A DNA stretch of 49,787 nucleotides. Source: Tubiluchus corallicola (Eukaryota; Animalia; Priapulida). Each line of letters begins with the position of its first letter. The first letter of the stretch is position 1. The stretch spans positions 1-49,787 of the forward strand of contig JAQGDQ010001282.1 of assembly GCA_030141605.1 (NCBI GenBank), in the 5' to 3' direction. The notes under the pieces are model-generated. The model had not been told where the DNA came from, did no database searches, and worked only from the letters and a program-made list of their open reading frames with translations. The position numbers and the translations under genes were made by a program. This document shows positions 12,823 through 27,360 of the stretch, in pieces.

Positions 12823-13300
12823 TATGGTGTGCCACAGGGATCCACACTAGGACCACTTCTCTTTCTTATCTACATTAGGGTATGCCACAAGGATCCACAC
12901 TAAGTCCACTGCTCTTTTTATCTACATTAGGTATGCCACAAGGATCCACACTAAGTCCACTGCTGTTTTTTTATCTACATTAGGTATGCCACAAGGATCC
13001 AGACTAAGACCACTTCTCTTTCTTATCTACATTAGGGTATGCCACAAGGATCCACAGTAAGACCACTGCTCTTTCTTGTCTACATTAGGGTACGCCACAA
13101 GGTTCCACACTAAGACCACTGCTCTTTCTTATCTACATTAGGGTATGCCACAAGGTTCCACACTAAGACCACTTCTCTTTCTTATCTACATTAGGGTATG
13201 CCACAATGATCCACACTAAGACCACTGCTTTTTCTTATCTATATTAGGGTATGCCACAAGAATCCACCCTAAGACCACTTCCCTTTCTTCTCTACATTAG
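12823..13300 (+). repeat. 53-bp minisatellite (~9 copies) derived from a LINE reverse-transcriptase motif
   Basis: The first unit translates to YGVPQGSTLGPLLFLIYI, the conserved non-LTR RT motif upstream of (Y/F)ADD. Confidence 0.85.
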
Positions 13301-13527
13301 TGTCGTTGGTTGAATTCAAATGTTTCACTTTCTGACTTGCTGACAGGGCATTCTTTGCATTCTCCATTTTATTTACATTACAAATTCGTAATAACGGACA
13401 GCTAGAAAGGCTGATAACTGAATGAAATGAAATAAAATATTATTGCCAGTTGTAACAAAAATTACAGTTTTAATTGTCAGCTGCAAATTTTCAGCTCAGG
13501 GTCTTTGCTTTTAGCTTGAAATGTTGT

Positions 13528-13828
13528 GCACTTACAATACCACACTTCACAATGCTCTGCATTCACAATAAAATACTTCACAATGCTCTACATTCACAAT
13601 AAAATACTTCACAATGCTTTGCATTCACAATACAATACTTCACAATGCTCTGCATTCACAATACAATACTTCACAATGCTCTACATGCACAATGCTCTGC
13701 ATTCACAATAGAATACTTCACAATGCTCTGCATTCACAATAAAATACTTCACAATGTTTAACATTCACAATACCGCGCTTTACAATGCTCTGCATTCACA
13801 CTACTATACTTCACAGTACTCTGTATTC
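13528..13828 (+). repeat. Minisatellite, 31-bp unit, ~9 copies
   Basis: Unit cacaatgctctgcattcacaataaaatactt. Confidence 0.9.
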
Positions 13829-13833
13829 AGGAG

Positions 13834-14392
13834 CAAACTCCCGCGATGACCATTAGACGCAGCCATTTTGACAACAGGTCGTTTGAAACAAGTTTTGATA
13901 ACATTGAGTAAAGTTTGAAAAAATGAAACTAGAGATTAAATCGTTTGAAAAAATAAATAAGATTGAAATGAAATTTTAAAGACTGTATCTTGTCAATAAG
14001 ATTAAAAATACGTTTTTTGGTTAGTGAGTGGCGCACCCTGGAGGTGAGTCAGTGACATTTTATCAATTGGTGAAAACATTTTAAATAATTAATAATTTTC
14101 TTTTCTAGTTACATAAGTCTTTCTAGCAGGTAAGCGAAAATCTAGGTAATATAGATTTGCATGGAAAGTTTTTTGGGACATAATTTAACATTTCCTTTTC
14201 TTCCCTTGATATACGTTGTGCGTCTATGACGTCATGTAATGGAACAGTATTGCGGGAGATTTAAAATGAAAACAAACAAAAAATCCTTTCAACACGAATG
14301 CGACATACGCATAAAATTGCTATAAAGTAGTATAATTTCTCAAGACGATTTTTCTGAAGCCTACTTTAGGTACCCCTTTTCTTACCCTTTAA
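13834..14392 (+). mobile_element. Dispersed ~550-bp non-coding repeat, family X, copy 1 (one Kolobok-like ...CCTTTAA end)
   Basis: aaactcccgcgatgacc...gaagcctactttaggtacccc recurs at 35814-36350 (+) and 34119-34670 (-). Confidence 0.8.
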
Positions 14393-14907
14393 GTAATTGC
14401 ATAAATTAGAAATACTGAACATGAAAAACGTGTTCAAGTTGGCACAGCATCTTCATTGTTGCAATGAAAACAACTATCTACTTACGAATTATCAGTTGTA
14501 CTACAGCTGCGAACACAAGTGCTTCAAAGATTCCTTGGGGTTTGTAAACTGTTAAGCCTTTCAGTGCAATAAGTACAATGCCAGAAATCTTTGTTTTTCA
14601 AAAGAGGATTACTGCAGGATTTCGGGAAGATTAGAAATGCTTTTGTTTCACTTTGGTTTTTGCTGAATTCGGAGTGATGCTTTGTTTATAGCAATTTTGT
14701 TAGGAATCGGAGAGCAAGGGATTCCAGGTTTGCATGTTTGGCTTCACGATGGGGTGAAATTGTTTGGCTTCTTTTTTGTTCTCTTTCTTTTTGTTACATT
14801 TTTGTCTGTCTCCTTCATCGGAATTGGTCAGTAGACGGTCTTGTACAGGGTGGTACATAAGTTTTTGTACAGGGTGTAGAGAAAGAACCATTTATTTATT
14901 CACTTGT

Positions 14908-15335
14908 TCTTTCATTCATTCATTCATTCATTCATTCATTCATTCATTCATTCATTCATTCATTCATTCCCTGATTCACTTTTCCTTCATATATTTTTCT
15001 TCATTCATTCATTCATTCATTCATTCATTCATTCATTCATTCATTCCCTGATTCACTTTTCCTTCATATATTTTCATTCATTCATTCACTTGTTTAATGA
15101 TTGATTCATTTACTCGTTTATTCATTCATTCATTCATTCATTCATTCGTTTATTCACTAATTAATAAATAAATTAATTAATTTGTTCGTTCGTTCGTCCA
15201 TTCATTCATTCATTCCTTTATTTATTCACTCACTCATTCGTTTATTCACCAATTAATTAACTTGTTCATTCGCTCGTGTGTCCGTCCATTTATTTATTTA
15301 TTTATTCATTCCCTCGCTCATTCGTTCATTCATTA
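14908..15335. repeat. (ATTC)n microsatellite, degenerating rightwards
   Basis: Direct reading. Confidence 0.92.
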
Positions 15336-15438
15336 ATCGTGATTCACTCCTTCACCAAGCTTTCCTGCCATGTTTCTTAAGCAAGGATGATTTTTTCTGT
15401 TCAACGTTTTTTCACTTTTGTTTGTGTCTCGAAATTAT

Positions 15439-15746
15439 AAATGAACTAAACCACGACTATCGTGCGTATTTTGCGTAAAATTCTAAATGAACTAAACCAC
15501 GACTAACGCGTATTTTGCGTAAAATTCTAAATGAACTAAACCACGACTATCGTGCGTATTTTGCGTAAAATTCTAAATGAACTAAACCACGACTAACGCG
15601 CGTATTTTGCGTAAAATTCTAAATGAACTAAACCACGACTAACGCGTATTTTGCGTAAAATTCTAAATGAACTAAACCACGACTATCGTGCGTATTTTGC
15701 GTAAAATTCTAAATGAACCAAACCACGACGAACGCGTATTTTGCGC
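15439..15746 (+). repeat. Minisatellite, ~44-47-bp unit, ~7 copies
   Basis: Unit aaatgaactaaaccacgacta(tcgt/ac)gcgtattttgcgtaaaattct. Confidence 0.92.
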
Positions 15747-15941
15747 TTAGCATGGATACTGTTGTGCACCCAAAAAACAAACTGAATAAAATTTGTGTAA
15801 AACCAGTCCAGTAAGGCTGGCTATTACATTTTTCCTAGCAAACCCTTTTCGCCATCACACACCTAACACTTAACATCCTCCTCAACTAGTCAAGGATGCT
15901 GAAGGAGCTCTTCCCAGCCTCCCGTGAGCACAAACTCGCCT

Positions 15942-16645
15942 ATTATAGGTTTTACATGTCAAATGTAGACCTGCGTTAACTCAAATGTAGATTTAGGTAA
16001 CTCAAATGTGTCCCGGTAACTCAAATGTTGACTTTGGTAGTTCAAATGTGTTAACAACGGTTTTCAACAAATCTTAAGCGCTTTTGGTAACTCAAATGTA
16101 GACACATGTCAAGTCAAATGTGACATTGGTATCTCAAATGTGGATAGGTGGTAAAGTTTAAGGATGTTAAATTTAATCTTCTTTAATCTTAACTTAGTAA
16201 TTGCTCTTAAGACTGTGAAAATAGTAACTTTATAGGTCTACTAATAGTTCACTAATATTCTGTAAACTTTACATACCATTGGAACTGTTAGAGAAAACAA
16301 TGCATTCTTAAAATAAACAATATTTCTTGAGACAAACTAATTCATTAGTGCAGTGCTAATGCATTACTTAAAAAACTAATTAGTGATTCACTGTTCATTG
16401 GGAAGTGGGAACCAATTTATTCTTTTCTACCGACATTTTGGTTTATCAAAGAATTTAGTTTGAGGATAAACAACACATTTTTCAAAGTTATGAAAGATGT
16501 GATGACTATCTTTGGTTTATCTTTTTGTAATTTGCACTTAGATCAGTTAATTACCGATTTATTCAAAGTAATGCATCTGCATTTGACTTACCTAAGTCAC
16601 ATTTGAACTTTCCTGTGTCTACATTTGACGTGTAAAACCTATAAT
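15942..16645. mobile_element. MITE with ~29-bp TIRs and subterminal tcaaatgt repeats
   Basis: attataggttttacatgtcaaatgtagac / gtctacatttgacgtgtaaaacctataat. tcaaatgt is iterated ~9 times inside the left end and appears inverted inside the right end. Confidence 0.8.
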
Positions 16646-17771
16646 TACCACGAAACTGAACAATCGGACATTGATTTATCGAGTGACTGATCAACCATTG
16701 ATTGACCAGCTATTGATTAGCCATCTCAACCTTACATGGGCACAGTACTTACCTCAAAGGTGTTACTAGCCGATGGTCAATATTGTCAATAATCCAGATA
16801 ATGTTAACCAACTGAGTAGGTAAGTAATATCCAATCCATGCGTAACTAAGTTACTAATGCGGCACTTCATCCGACGTAAGAATGGAACGCACAGGTTTTT
16901 CACACCGCTTGAATACGCACAAACTTACGCATCGCTGGACAGTGTTTCACGCACACGCACGCGAGACGACATACTTTCCACCACAAAATTCCTTATACGC
17001 GCACGAACGAGATATAACCGTATTAAATTATCTTCGCGTTATTCGTATTATAAACGAGAACGAGGGATGATGTTGCTGATGCTGATGACAAGTCTTCTCT
17101 GCTTCGTCTCTCACGGCTCCATATTGCTCGTGCTGAATCCCGTGAAGGGAGCGTCACAATATAGAAGTCTGGCTTCGTAGATGGATTGCGTTTTTACAGC
17201 ACGACCGTAAATCATTGCTCACAAACACTGTGCAAACTAATACGTCTTTCTCATAAGCATCTTCATCTCGGATAACGTGAGATGCTCGAGATGCATTAAC
17301 CGCTTCACTTGCAGCTTAACACGATGCGATATTTGACACCTTACCAGCATATACGCCAAATGGAATAATAATAATTGTCGGTCCTTCTTCTGCGAGAGAC
17401 TATTAATGCGCATGCGCCAACTTTCAGCTTGCTCAACGCAATTATGATAATATATTGGCAATTCTGCAGCTATTCAGCCAATAATTGGAGGTAAATTTTC
17501 CGTTTTAAGTTCTGAATTTTAACGAGAGAAACTGTTAGTACCAAACCTTGGGAGTTTTTGAACAAAGTGTGAACCAACCAGTAGGCAGTTTTTGAACCGT
17601 AAGATCTAGTACTTTTTTCTTGTTCGTTTAAAGACTTTGTGTCATCCAGACAAGATATGATTTATATATATATAAAAATCTACAACCCGAAATCTAAACC
17701 ACTCAGTCACTCAACCCAAGAAAACTCGACGCCAGCTGAGCTTCGAAACAAAGTAACATGCACTACGTGAC

Positions 17772-18017
17772 AACAATGGTGTCTGAGAAGCGAGAAACAC
17801 ATTGTGGCAGTACCGGCACGTTATTGTCAAAATGCCAACTTCTTCCAACTTGCATTCAGAAATGACCGAAATCATTTTGACACAAAGTGCTCCAGACAAA
17901 ATCATCAAAGGGTTTTGCTGTGACTATTTTTATCTTTTTTGTCAACAGATGTCGCCACCCTTGCATACCAACAATTTCTACAAGTTGGCGTGACAGTCGC
18001 TATCTACTAAAATATTA
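17772..18017 (+). repeat. Dispersed repeat family Z, copy 1
   Basis: It is the reverse complement of 21378-21640 (caatggtgtctga...gtgacagtcgctatctactaaaatat). Confidence 0.8.
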
Positions 18018-18497
18018 TTATGAGTTTATTTCGTATAAAGATGTTAGTAAAACAGGTAATGCGATGTTAGTAAAGTAACATATCTACAGACATTCAACTT
18101 TATAATAACCACACATTGTAGTTCCCTTGTAATTATATTACATTATACAGTGTTGTAAGGAGCTATAATAGATATCTTAAAACATAATCTTTAAATGAGT
18201 TCTTAACCTTTAATTTTACATTTTTGTTTAGATCTACAGAACAACTATATTTAAATTTTAAATTAAATTTACTTGACTGTTATTTACATAACTTGACTGT
18301 TATTGACTGTATATTAAGCCCATAAAACCGAAATTAATGTTCAAATAACACAAGTTAGAACTTATACGTTTGCTAAAAAACTTAAATAAATTTTTGATAT
18401 TGTTGATTATCAGGTATGAATAAAATTGTCAAAGAACTGGTTTAATTCTAAAGTTGCCGTCAATTACGCATGCGCAAGGCTGTAGCTCTTCTTTTAA

Positions 18498-19048
18498 AGC
18501 AAAACCGGATGATTGTGTAAACAAATTTAGCTCTGAATAAAGAGTGCTCTAAAATATTGAAACTACAATAGCTTTTTGTAAATCAAAGCTTAGATTAAAT
18601 AATAATTACCTCGGATACTCAAATTTTGTTAAACTTTCAAAGCTACGCGTGGCTCAGTGAATCTACTAAGATTGGCAGTGGCGCCTTTTTCTCACCTTCG
18701 CGTGCCTGTCAAATAGAAGGCGGTACCGTGATAAGCATGATCATGAACTGAAGTATTAGTTTCTGACGTCGTATGATGTAGAGCCCATTTTTCGAGACAT
18801 CACACGTTTAAACAGTACTGTGACACTTATGTAAATGTGCTTGATGCGCAAGGGAAGATGCCTGCCATTGCACAAACTGTAGTTAGTTTCTGACGTAAGC
18901 AATAGCTGTGTTCGGTTGCCGTTAATTAACTTTCTAAGCTAATTATTCAAATATAAGAAACAATTGTTAACTTTTATAGGCAAGAAAATGTATATTTTGG
19001 ACAGTAAATTAAAATGAGATTGAGTCTAAACAATCGTTTGGTCTTCCT
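18498..19048. mobile_element. Kolobok-type MITE (family Y), older copy
   Basis: ttaa|agcaaaaccggatgattg ... caatcgtttggtcttcct. It is an inverted homologue of 43222-43751. Confidence 0.75.
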
Positions 19049-19564
19049 TCGAAGGAAGACAGGATGATTTTTCATATACCACCCCATTTCCAAGTCGGAT
19101 AAAAAGCATACATTTTAACACAGTAAGTACTGCAAAAGCGTTTGTAATAGTTAAATAATAGATTAAAAACTTAATTAACGGAGGGCGAGCCCAACTATTG
19201 ATGACATCACAAACTAACATAATTTTCAACAGCACAAACATTCCACGAGCGTGTTGCACGTATTTGCGAAAACGAAAGTCGATGTACAGTGCTACTGTAA
19301 GATATTCAGTGTGTTGTACTAAAACTAGGTAAGTTTTGAGATAAAAATTCTAATTTATCGCTGTCCTCACGCATGGGCTGTCGAACGTGTGTAGTTCGTC
19401 ACAAACTATAACATCTGAACTGAGAGGTACAGCACCTGTTCCTCTCAGGCGCGAATATTATAAAAAAAAACTACGGTTTGTGTATGGCAGCAGTAGCCCT
19501 GCGTGGGAGACGCCTGTTAAAGTACAGATAAGTACATATTAAGGACACAAAAAGCAAAATGTCA

Positions 19565-20510
19565 TTATTATTCTTATAATTGTTTATTTTTAAAAACAAG
19601 TGTGAGTGTCTCCACCTGTTGGCACAGCTAGGTACTTTTTATTATTATGATAATTCTTTATTTTAAAAATATAGTGTGAGTGTCTCCACCTGTTGGCATA
19701 GCTAGGCACTTTTTATTGTTATGATAATTTTTTTATTTTTAAAAACTAGTTTGAGTGTCTCCACCTGTTGGCACAGCTAGGCACTTATTATTATTATGAT
19801 AATTCTTTATTTTTAAAAACTAGTGTGAGTGTCTCCACCTGTTGGCACAGCTAGGCACTTTTTATTATTATGCTAATTCTTTATTTTTAAAAACTAGTGT
19901 GAGTGTCTCCACCTCTTGACACAGCTAGGCACTTTTTATTATTCTTATAATTCTTCATTTTTAAAAACTATTGTGAGTGTCTCCACCTGTTGACACAGCT
20001 AGGCAGTTTTTATTATTCTTATAATTCTTCATTTTTAAAAACTAGTGTGAGTGTCTCCACCTCTTGACACAGCTAGGCAGTTTTTATTATGCTTATAATT
20101 CTTCATTTTTAAAAACTATTGTGAGTGTCTCCACCTGTTGACACAGCTAGGCACTTATTATGTCTCCACCTGTTGGCACAGCTAGGCACTTTTTATTATT
20201 ATAATTCTTTATTTTCAAAATCTAGTGTGAGTGTCTCCACCTGTTGGCACAGCTAGGCACTTTTTATTATTATGATAATTATTTTTTTTTTAAAACTAGT
20301 GTGAGTGTCTCCACCTCTTGACACAGCTAGGCAGTTTTTATTATGCTTATAATTCTTCATTTTTAAAAACTAGTGTGAGTGTCTCCACCTGTTGACACAA
20401 CTAGGCACTATGATAATTCTTCATTTTTAAAAACTAGTGTGAGTGTCTCCACCTGTTGGCACAGCTAGGCACTTTTCATTATGCTTATAATTCTTTATTT
20501 TTTAAAACTA
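19565..20510 (+). repeat. Minisatellite, ~74-bp unit, ~13 copies
   Basis: Core gtgagtgtctccacctgttggcacagctaggcac plus a near-identical AT-rich segment in each unit. Confidence 0.93.
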
Positions 20511-20682
20511 TGTACAAAGTACATTCCCTCTATTTGTAGGGATATGTTTAAAATTTCTAAACGCATTTACAACGTATTAAACCTATTCACATATATATAT
20601 AATTTAGAATCGAACGCAGGAGACACATTGAACGACAACGATCATATACAATAGACATAGTTACAAATTATAATCCACTATT

Positions 20683-21300
20683 ACATACATACATACATAC
20701 ATGATAACAGATAACGAACACATTTTAATACTTAGTAACAAAAATTTACACACATTATACACAATGAAAAACAACGAGTACAATTATAATAAACATAAGT
20801 ACCAATTCTAATGTAAATTCACACAATCACAAATAAAAACAAAACAGCATATAGAAAACACGACGAGAGTTGTAAAATTTCATCATCAACAGACTGTTTA
20901 TATACGTGCGAAAGACGATAAGAATTCATCCGAGATAAGATTTGCAAAAGCATTTATAGCATTATCATCTCGGCTAGAGAAAACATAGTCCGAATCTAAC
21001 GTAGGCAGAGTGCTAATAAATCATTTCTTTTGGCTTGGTTTACTAATGTACATTCGAATAATAAATGATGTACAGACTGAGGGCTTAATAAGCAGTTACA
21101 TGTGCTATTAGGAGCATAAGTACATATGTGTATAAGCCTATAGTAACCTGAAGCCAATTGTAACAACAGCAAATCAGGCAAATACGTTCCGTCTGTCTTG
21201 TAGCATGATGTTTCTGGGTTGTATGGCTGAGTGGTTTCGTTTTCGAGTTGTAACCATGCAGTCTTGAGTTCGCGGCCACGCAGTTGAATCTATTTTAGTA
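20683..21300 (-). mobile_element. Degraded LINE 3' relic of a second family
   Basis: Minus-strand TCNCLLSPQSVHHLLFECTL resembles the ORF2 C-terminal CxC...H...C motif. A (TGTA)n tract at 20683-20701 may be its tail. Confidence 0.45.
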
Positions 21301-21377
21301 TTTCGGCAAACGTATATGTTCTAACTTGTGCTATCTATATATTAATTATGGTGGTATGGGCTTAATATTTCATAATG

Positions 21378-21640
21378 ATATTTTAGTAGGTAGCGACTGT
21401 CACGCCAACTTGTAAAAAAAATTATTTGGTATCTTTATGCATGGGTGGTGACATCTGTTGACAAAAGAAATAGAAATAGTCACAGCAAAACCTCTTTGAA
21501 GATTTAGTCTGGATCACTTTGTGTCAAAATGATTTCTGTCATTTGTGAATGCAACCCGGAATTCAGTTACAGAAGTTGGCATTTTGACAAAAACGTACCG
21601 GTACTGCCACACGTGTTTCTCGCTTTTCAGACACCATTGG
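21378..21640 (-). repeat. Dispersed repeat family Z, copy 2 (inverted)
   Basis: It matches 17772-18017 in reverse. Confidence 0.8.
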
Positions 21641-22192
21641 CGTCAAGTATTATATTTATTTATTAGTATTTTATTATTTATTTTTGGCCGTTGAATTAAA
21701 TGGAACCGATTTTCAATTGCAAATTACTAACAGGATAGTGAATATTTTTGAATATCAAATTTTTGTAACTACCGGATGCGAATACCTGCAAAATCTCGCG
21801 AATATCACCATTTTTGGATACGAACCGGATATCCGGAGGAGGAACACTACTTCTCAGTGTTGAAGACATTCTGCAGAAGCAAAGTGGCTACGAAAGCGGC
21901 TACTCTCTTCGACCAAAAAATAACCGTTGTCCATTTTCAGCCGTCGCAGTCGATTTTGTCATGATTTTTGACCAGCGGTTCTTGGACTGACCGAAATTGT
22001 TATTAATTTGTATTCGAAGTCATCGTCCGTAATAAGTTGGGAACAGGCTCTAATCTTTAGTCTGTGGCGCCATCTTGTGCAGCATGCAGTAACTTCTAAT
22101 CATGAAAACAGTGGATTGACCGATAATGTTTCATCCAGGCAGGTTTGAAATTAGGGCCTTTTTTAAAAATCCATGTTATGTATGTGCTATTA

Positions 22193-23855
22193 GTTTAAAC
22201 ATAATTTATTTAGGATTAGATCAGACAGTTTGTACAACATGATTTAAAATCCTCACCACAACAGACTTTATACACTATTTACAAGAACATTTACAGTAAG
22301 AACAGAGTATACTTAGTTTTTAGCGTACTTTAGTATACTAAAGTTTTACTACAGTGATACATTAGACATTAGTAGAAAATGACGGTTAGTAAATATTAAT
22401 GTACGAATATTTAAGACTGATGCATTTCATATCAGATAGAAACTAGTGGAAGCGTTTAGTACATAATATAAAGTCATGTATACATTGGAATATTTTACAG
22501 TTAGTAACATAGTTAAATTCATCTTTACCGAATAATAACAATTTCAACAGATCATTAGTTCCTAAGACAGCTATATTTAGGTTTTCGGGCAGAAGTATTG
22601 CATTTAATTTATCAAACATAACTACCCTGGCTAGTTGATACAATGGGCAGTGCAACAAAAAGTGTTCAACAGACTCAAATCGAAATCCACAGTTACAATT
22701 CGGCAATATTGGATGACCGTTATTATCTTACCAGCTTTTAGAGAAAAGGTCATAGTTTAGCTGAGAAAATCCGATTCTCATGCGCGTATGATGCACTGAT
22801 ATTGGAGGTTTACCAAATGTTTCTTACGCAACGAAAAACTTAAATGAGATTTGAGCTCTTGTTTGAATTGTGAAATGGATGTAATTTCACGAATGTTTTG
22901 TGGTAAGTTGTTCCACATGTTAATGGTCGATATGAAAAACGATTTTTCACAGCTAACAGAACGGCAATTAAAATTTCTGTATTTAGTACCACTGCGTATA
23001 CAATAGGGGGTAACTTCGTTTACCTTTGGCGGCAGAATTGCACTTAAATAGTGGGGCACTAAGTCATTGATTATTTTGAAAAAAAGACATAGGCGATGAT
23101 AATGGAAGCGCGTCACTAATTTAGTGAAGCCGATATCAGACAAGATACTTGCAGGGGAAGATCGAAACATAGCGCCAGAACAGATTCTAGCAGCAGTTAG
23201 CTGAATATTTTCTAACAAACGTATACTGTTTTCACTGCATCCTGACCATACTACGTTACCATATTCGATGGCGGGGAGAATAGTCGTAATGAATAATCGT
23301 TCCCGCGTAGCTCTGGGTATGTTAACTGGCACGCGTCGAAAGTTGTTTAGCTTTAGATTTGCTTTGTCTACCATTTTTGAGACGTGATAGTTCCAGTTCA
23401 GGTCAGATGTAAGATGGATACCTAAATGTTTGTGAACATTTACAGTTTTCAGTGGAGTATTAGACAAAGTAGGATATTGAGGAGCATTGGATTTACGGGA
23501 GAAAAGCATGACTTCGGTCTTATTAGGATTAAATTTAACCAACCAACGTTTGGCCCAGTTTTCAATTATCCTGAGATCTGCCTTTAAGCGATTTGCTGAT
23601 GTATATGGGTCATCCTTAAACGAATACATTAAAACCGTATCGTCTGCAAAAAGGCGAATATCAGATTGAATGTCTTCTGTTATATCATTAACATACACTA
23701 AAAATAGAAGGGGACCTAAGATAGAACCTTGGGGGACGTCAGATAAAAGTGACTTCGCATCAGATGTATTACCGTTTAGCGTTACTCTTTGTGTTCGGTT
23801 TCGAAGGTAAGATGATAGCCAAGACAGAAGTTGGCCACTTAATTCATACTGCTTT
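22193..23855 (-). mobile_element. 5'-truncated CR1/L2-type LINE (copy D) with RT core, C-terminus and 3' UTR
   Basis: The reading frame gives LLSWLSSYLRNRTQRVTLNG...VPQGSILGPLLFLVYVND...IRLFADDT...KHLGI. The frame is disrupted near 22778 before the CNCG...EHFLLHC motif. Perfect 12-bp TSD tatgtgctatta (22181-22192, 23856-23867). Confidence 0.95.
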
Positions 23856-23865
23856 TATGTGCTAT

Positions 23866-24238
<373 letters not shown>

Positions 24239-24618
24239 CAGATAAGATCCACCAGAAATTTTGAAAATAATCCACAAAGAAACAAACACAAGCAGACACA
24301 TTAACAATGACAAAGCACTACTTCCGGTAAAACACACTTACGCCTAAAGTAGTGCGCTATTTAAGAAGTAAAAATGAACACTAATTTCCTTTGATACATA
24401 AAATAAACAATTGGTACTTTTCTCCCGTAATGTAAAGAACCAATTAAATGAAAAATAATACTCGCTATCTACCGATCCGACCATTCATTAATTTCCAAGA
24501 TCACTACTCTCTAAAGCGCACTACTTATAGATTACGTTCATGCAAGTATTGATCGCCTCCGCTAACCGAATCAGAGATTTCAGCGTGCACGTCCTGTAGT
24601 ATAGTAGTCCTTGAGTTA

Positions 24619-24854
<236 letters not shown>

Positions 24855-25197
24855 GAGAAATAGAGATAATAGAAAACTTGAGATTTTAGACTGCACATTA
24901 CTAATAGGTCAAGGCAATTTTAATGATTTTCTATTCAATATTGGTTGTACGTGCCAATACTTAGAAGGGAGGCAAATCCCGCATCTTCTCCTGTTTCAAT
25001 GTCAATTCTTAAGTCGCATTTAACGTGAAAACTCTGTAATCGTTTTACAGCACCAAGATGTCAATTATATGTTGACTTTTCGTGATAATCTGATTTCAAC
25101 TAACTTTGCTAATATTTTGTTAAATAATTTTATTTTGTCACTAAGCTAACCGGATTAATTAATTTTAGAAAATTGGTAACAATGGCAGTTAGGAAGG

Positions 25198-25757
<560 letters not shown>

Positions 25758-26751
25758 CTGTTTTGAGGAAAATGGATGTGACAAAAACTAGCCATAACAA
25801 CAGTATTCAGCACAATAAATTTAAAAAATCTCCTTACTAATCTTGTTAAAAGAAACTCGTCACATTTTCATTTTAATGATGTTAAAATAATTTTCTCTTT
25901 AGTTCAATGATTTGTTTTTATTTTTCTTTTAAAATAATTTCTAGCTTTTTTCTTCCATTTTACTTTACATTAGTTATTTACACCCTAATTTTGCCTTCAT
26001 GTCATCTCTTTTTTCATCGCGCATCTCTTTTATCCGCCTCCTAACACCCAACAACGCACCGTGCATTGCAGCTGGACTTTCCAAATTCCAGCTTTTACCT
26101 CAGCTGCAAGCACTTACATCATTTGTTAACTAATTTACTGCTTACTTGACAAGTAATTGTAGCAATTTTGTCTTCAGTTTGTATAATTCAATTCAATTGA
26201 ATTCAATTCAATTCAATTGTAATTTATTTATCTAATTGTATGTAGTATATTTGATTATGTAATTGTAATGGTGTTTTTGTCTAACAATAAAGCTAAAAAG
26301 CAACAGCAATTAAAACGTTTTCCGATAAATCCATTAGTTTAGAATTTAGATGGCGGATTTCTTTCTCTTAATGCTTTATTTTCTTCCTACTTCATTTCTT
26401 TCTATTTCAACGTTTCCACAGTCTACATCAGTGAAATGGTTGGCATCCTTCTGTCTCGGAAAACAATGGAGTGTGCTCCAAGAGAGTCAGTTAATAAGAA
26501 ATTATTAAAGAAAAAAATAAAAGCTATACCAAGAACTTTTTTTGTTTCTTGTGTCTATGACTGATGACGTCATAATACTGTTATCCGTGGCCAACTCGTC
26601 ACACTGTCTATAACTGTAGTCGTTACTCAATTCCGTGTTATAAGATATGACTCTATGTTGTTTCAAATTCGCCATTTGTCAGGAGTGTGTTAATGATAGG
26701 TAAAACCTCTCTGGACAGACGAAAGCAAGCAGACGGATACACCGGACCGAA

Positions 26752-27360
26752 CTTCTTCTTCACTGAATCAAACGTCCAGGGACATGCTACTGCTCACCTC
26801 TCTATGCCAGGACTCCCTACACGCTGCAATGCCCTAAGTGGATTTGTTTCTAAGGATCAATGCTGAAGTGTTTAAATCTTTCTGTGCAAAATCCAAATAT
26901 GTTAACATTTGTCTTCCTGCAGGTTTTTTAGCAGGTTCTATGGCTTGTTGAAGAGCTATCTTCACTGGAACGTCATCAGCTAGTCTAAGCATATGCCCAA
27001 TCCATCTTAAATGTCGTCTTTTTATTTTTCTTGTCCAAGGTTCTTCTTTTATTTTTTCATATAGATCTTTGTTTGAAATTTTCTTTGGCCACTAATATCC
27101 AAAATGTTTCTGTAATTTCGCCTTTGAAACCCATCGATTTCAGCTTTATGATTTGTTTTTAATGTCCAGAGCTCAGAGTTATACAGAAATACAGTTTCGA
27201 CTAAGACTGAGAATATTCTGATTTTTGTTTCCAAAGAAATCTTCGTATTTTCAAAAACTTTTGTGAGTTTTGAGTAAGCTGATAATGCCATTATCTTTCG
27301 TCTTAATATGTCATCCTCTGTTGCTAGCAGACTACCGAGATACTTGCATCTTTGCCATAA
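26752..27360 (-). mobile_element. RTE-clade LINE 3' fragment (frameshifted)
   Basis: KYLGSLL...RRKIMA...LYNSELWTL...FQRRNYRNILDI, then after a frameshift KWPKKISNKDLY...RRHLRWIGHMLRL. It has a (GAA)n tail at ~26752-26761. Confidence 0.85.

Noticed and set aside
14486-14891. Possible minus-strand exons (ISGIVLIALKGLTVYKPQGIFEALVFAAVVQLII with a gtaagt donor, and the 63-aa K-rich ORF)
   Set aside because: The acceptor is weak, there is no recognisable homology, and I found no in-phase partner exon.
19565-20510. CRISPR-like appearance (conserved GC core alternating with AT-rich segments); other arrays considered too
   Set aside because: The intervening segments are near-identical rather than unique spacers. 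There are no cas genes and the context is eukaryotic.
22778-23698. Host or domesticated reverse transcriptase gene
   Set aside because: It is 5'-truncated within the RT domain, its frame is broken before the C-terminus, and it is bounded by a TSD, so it is a dead LINE copy.
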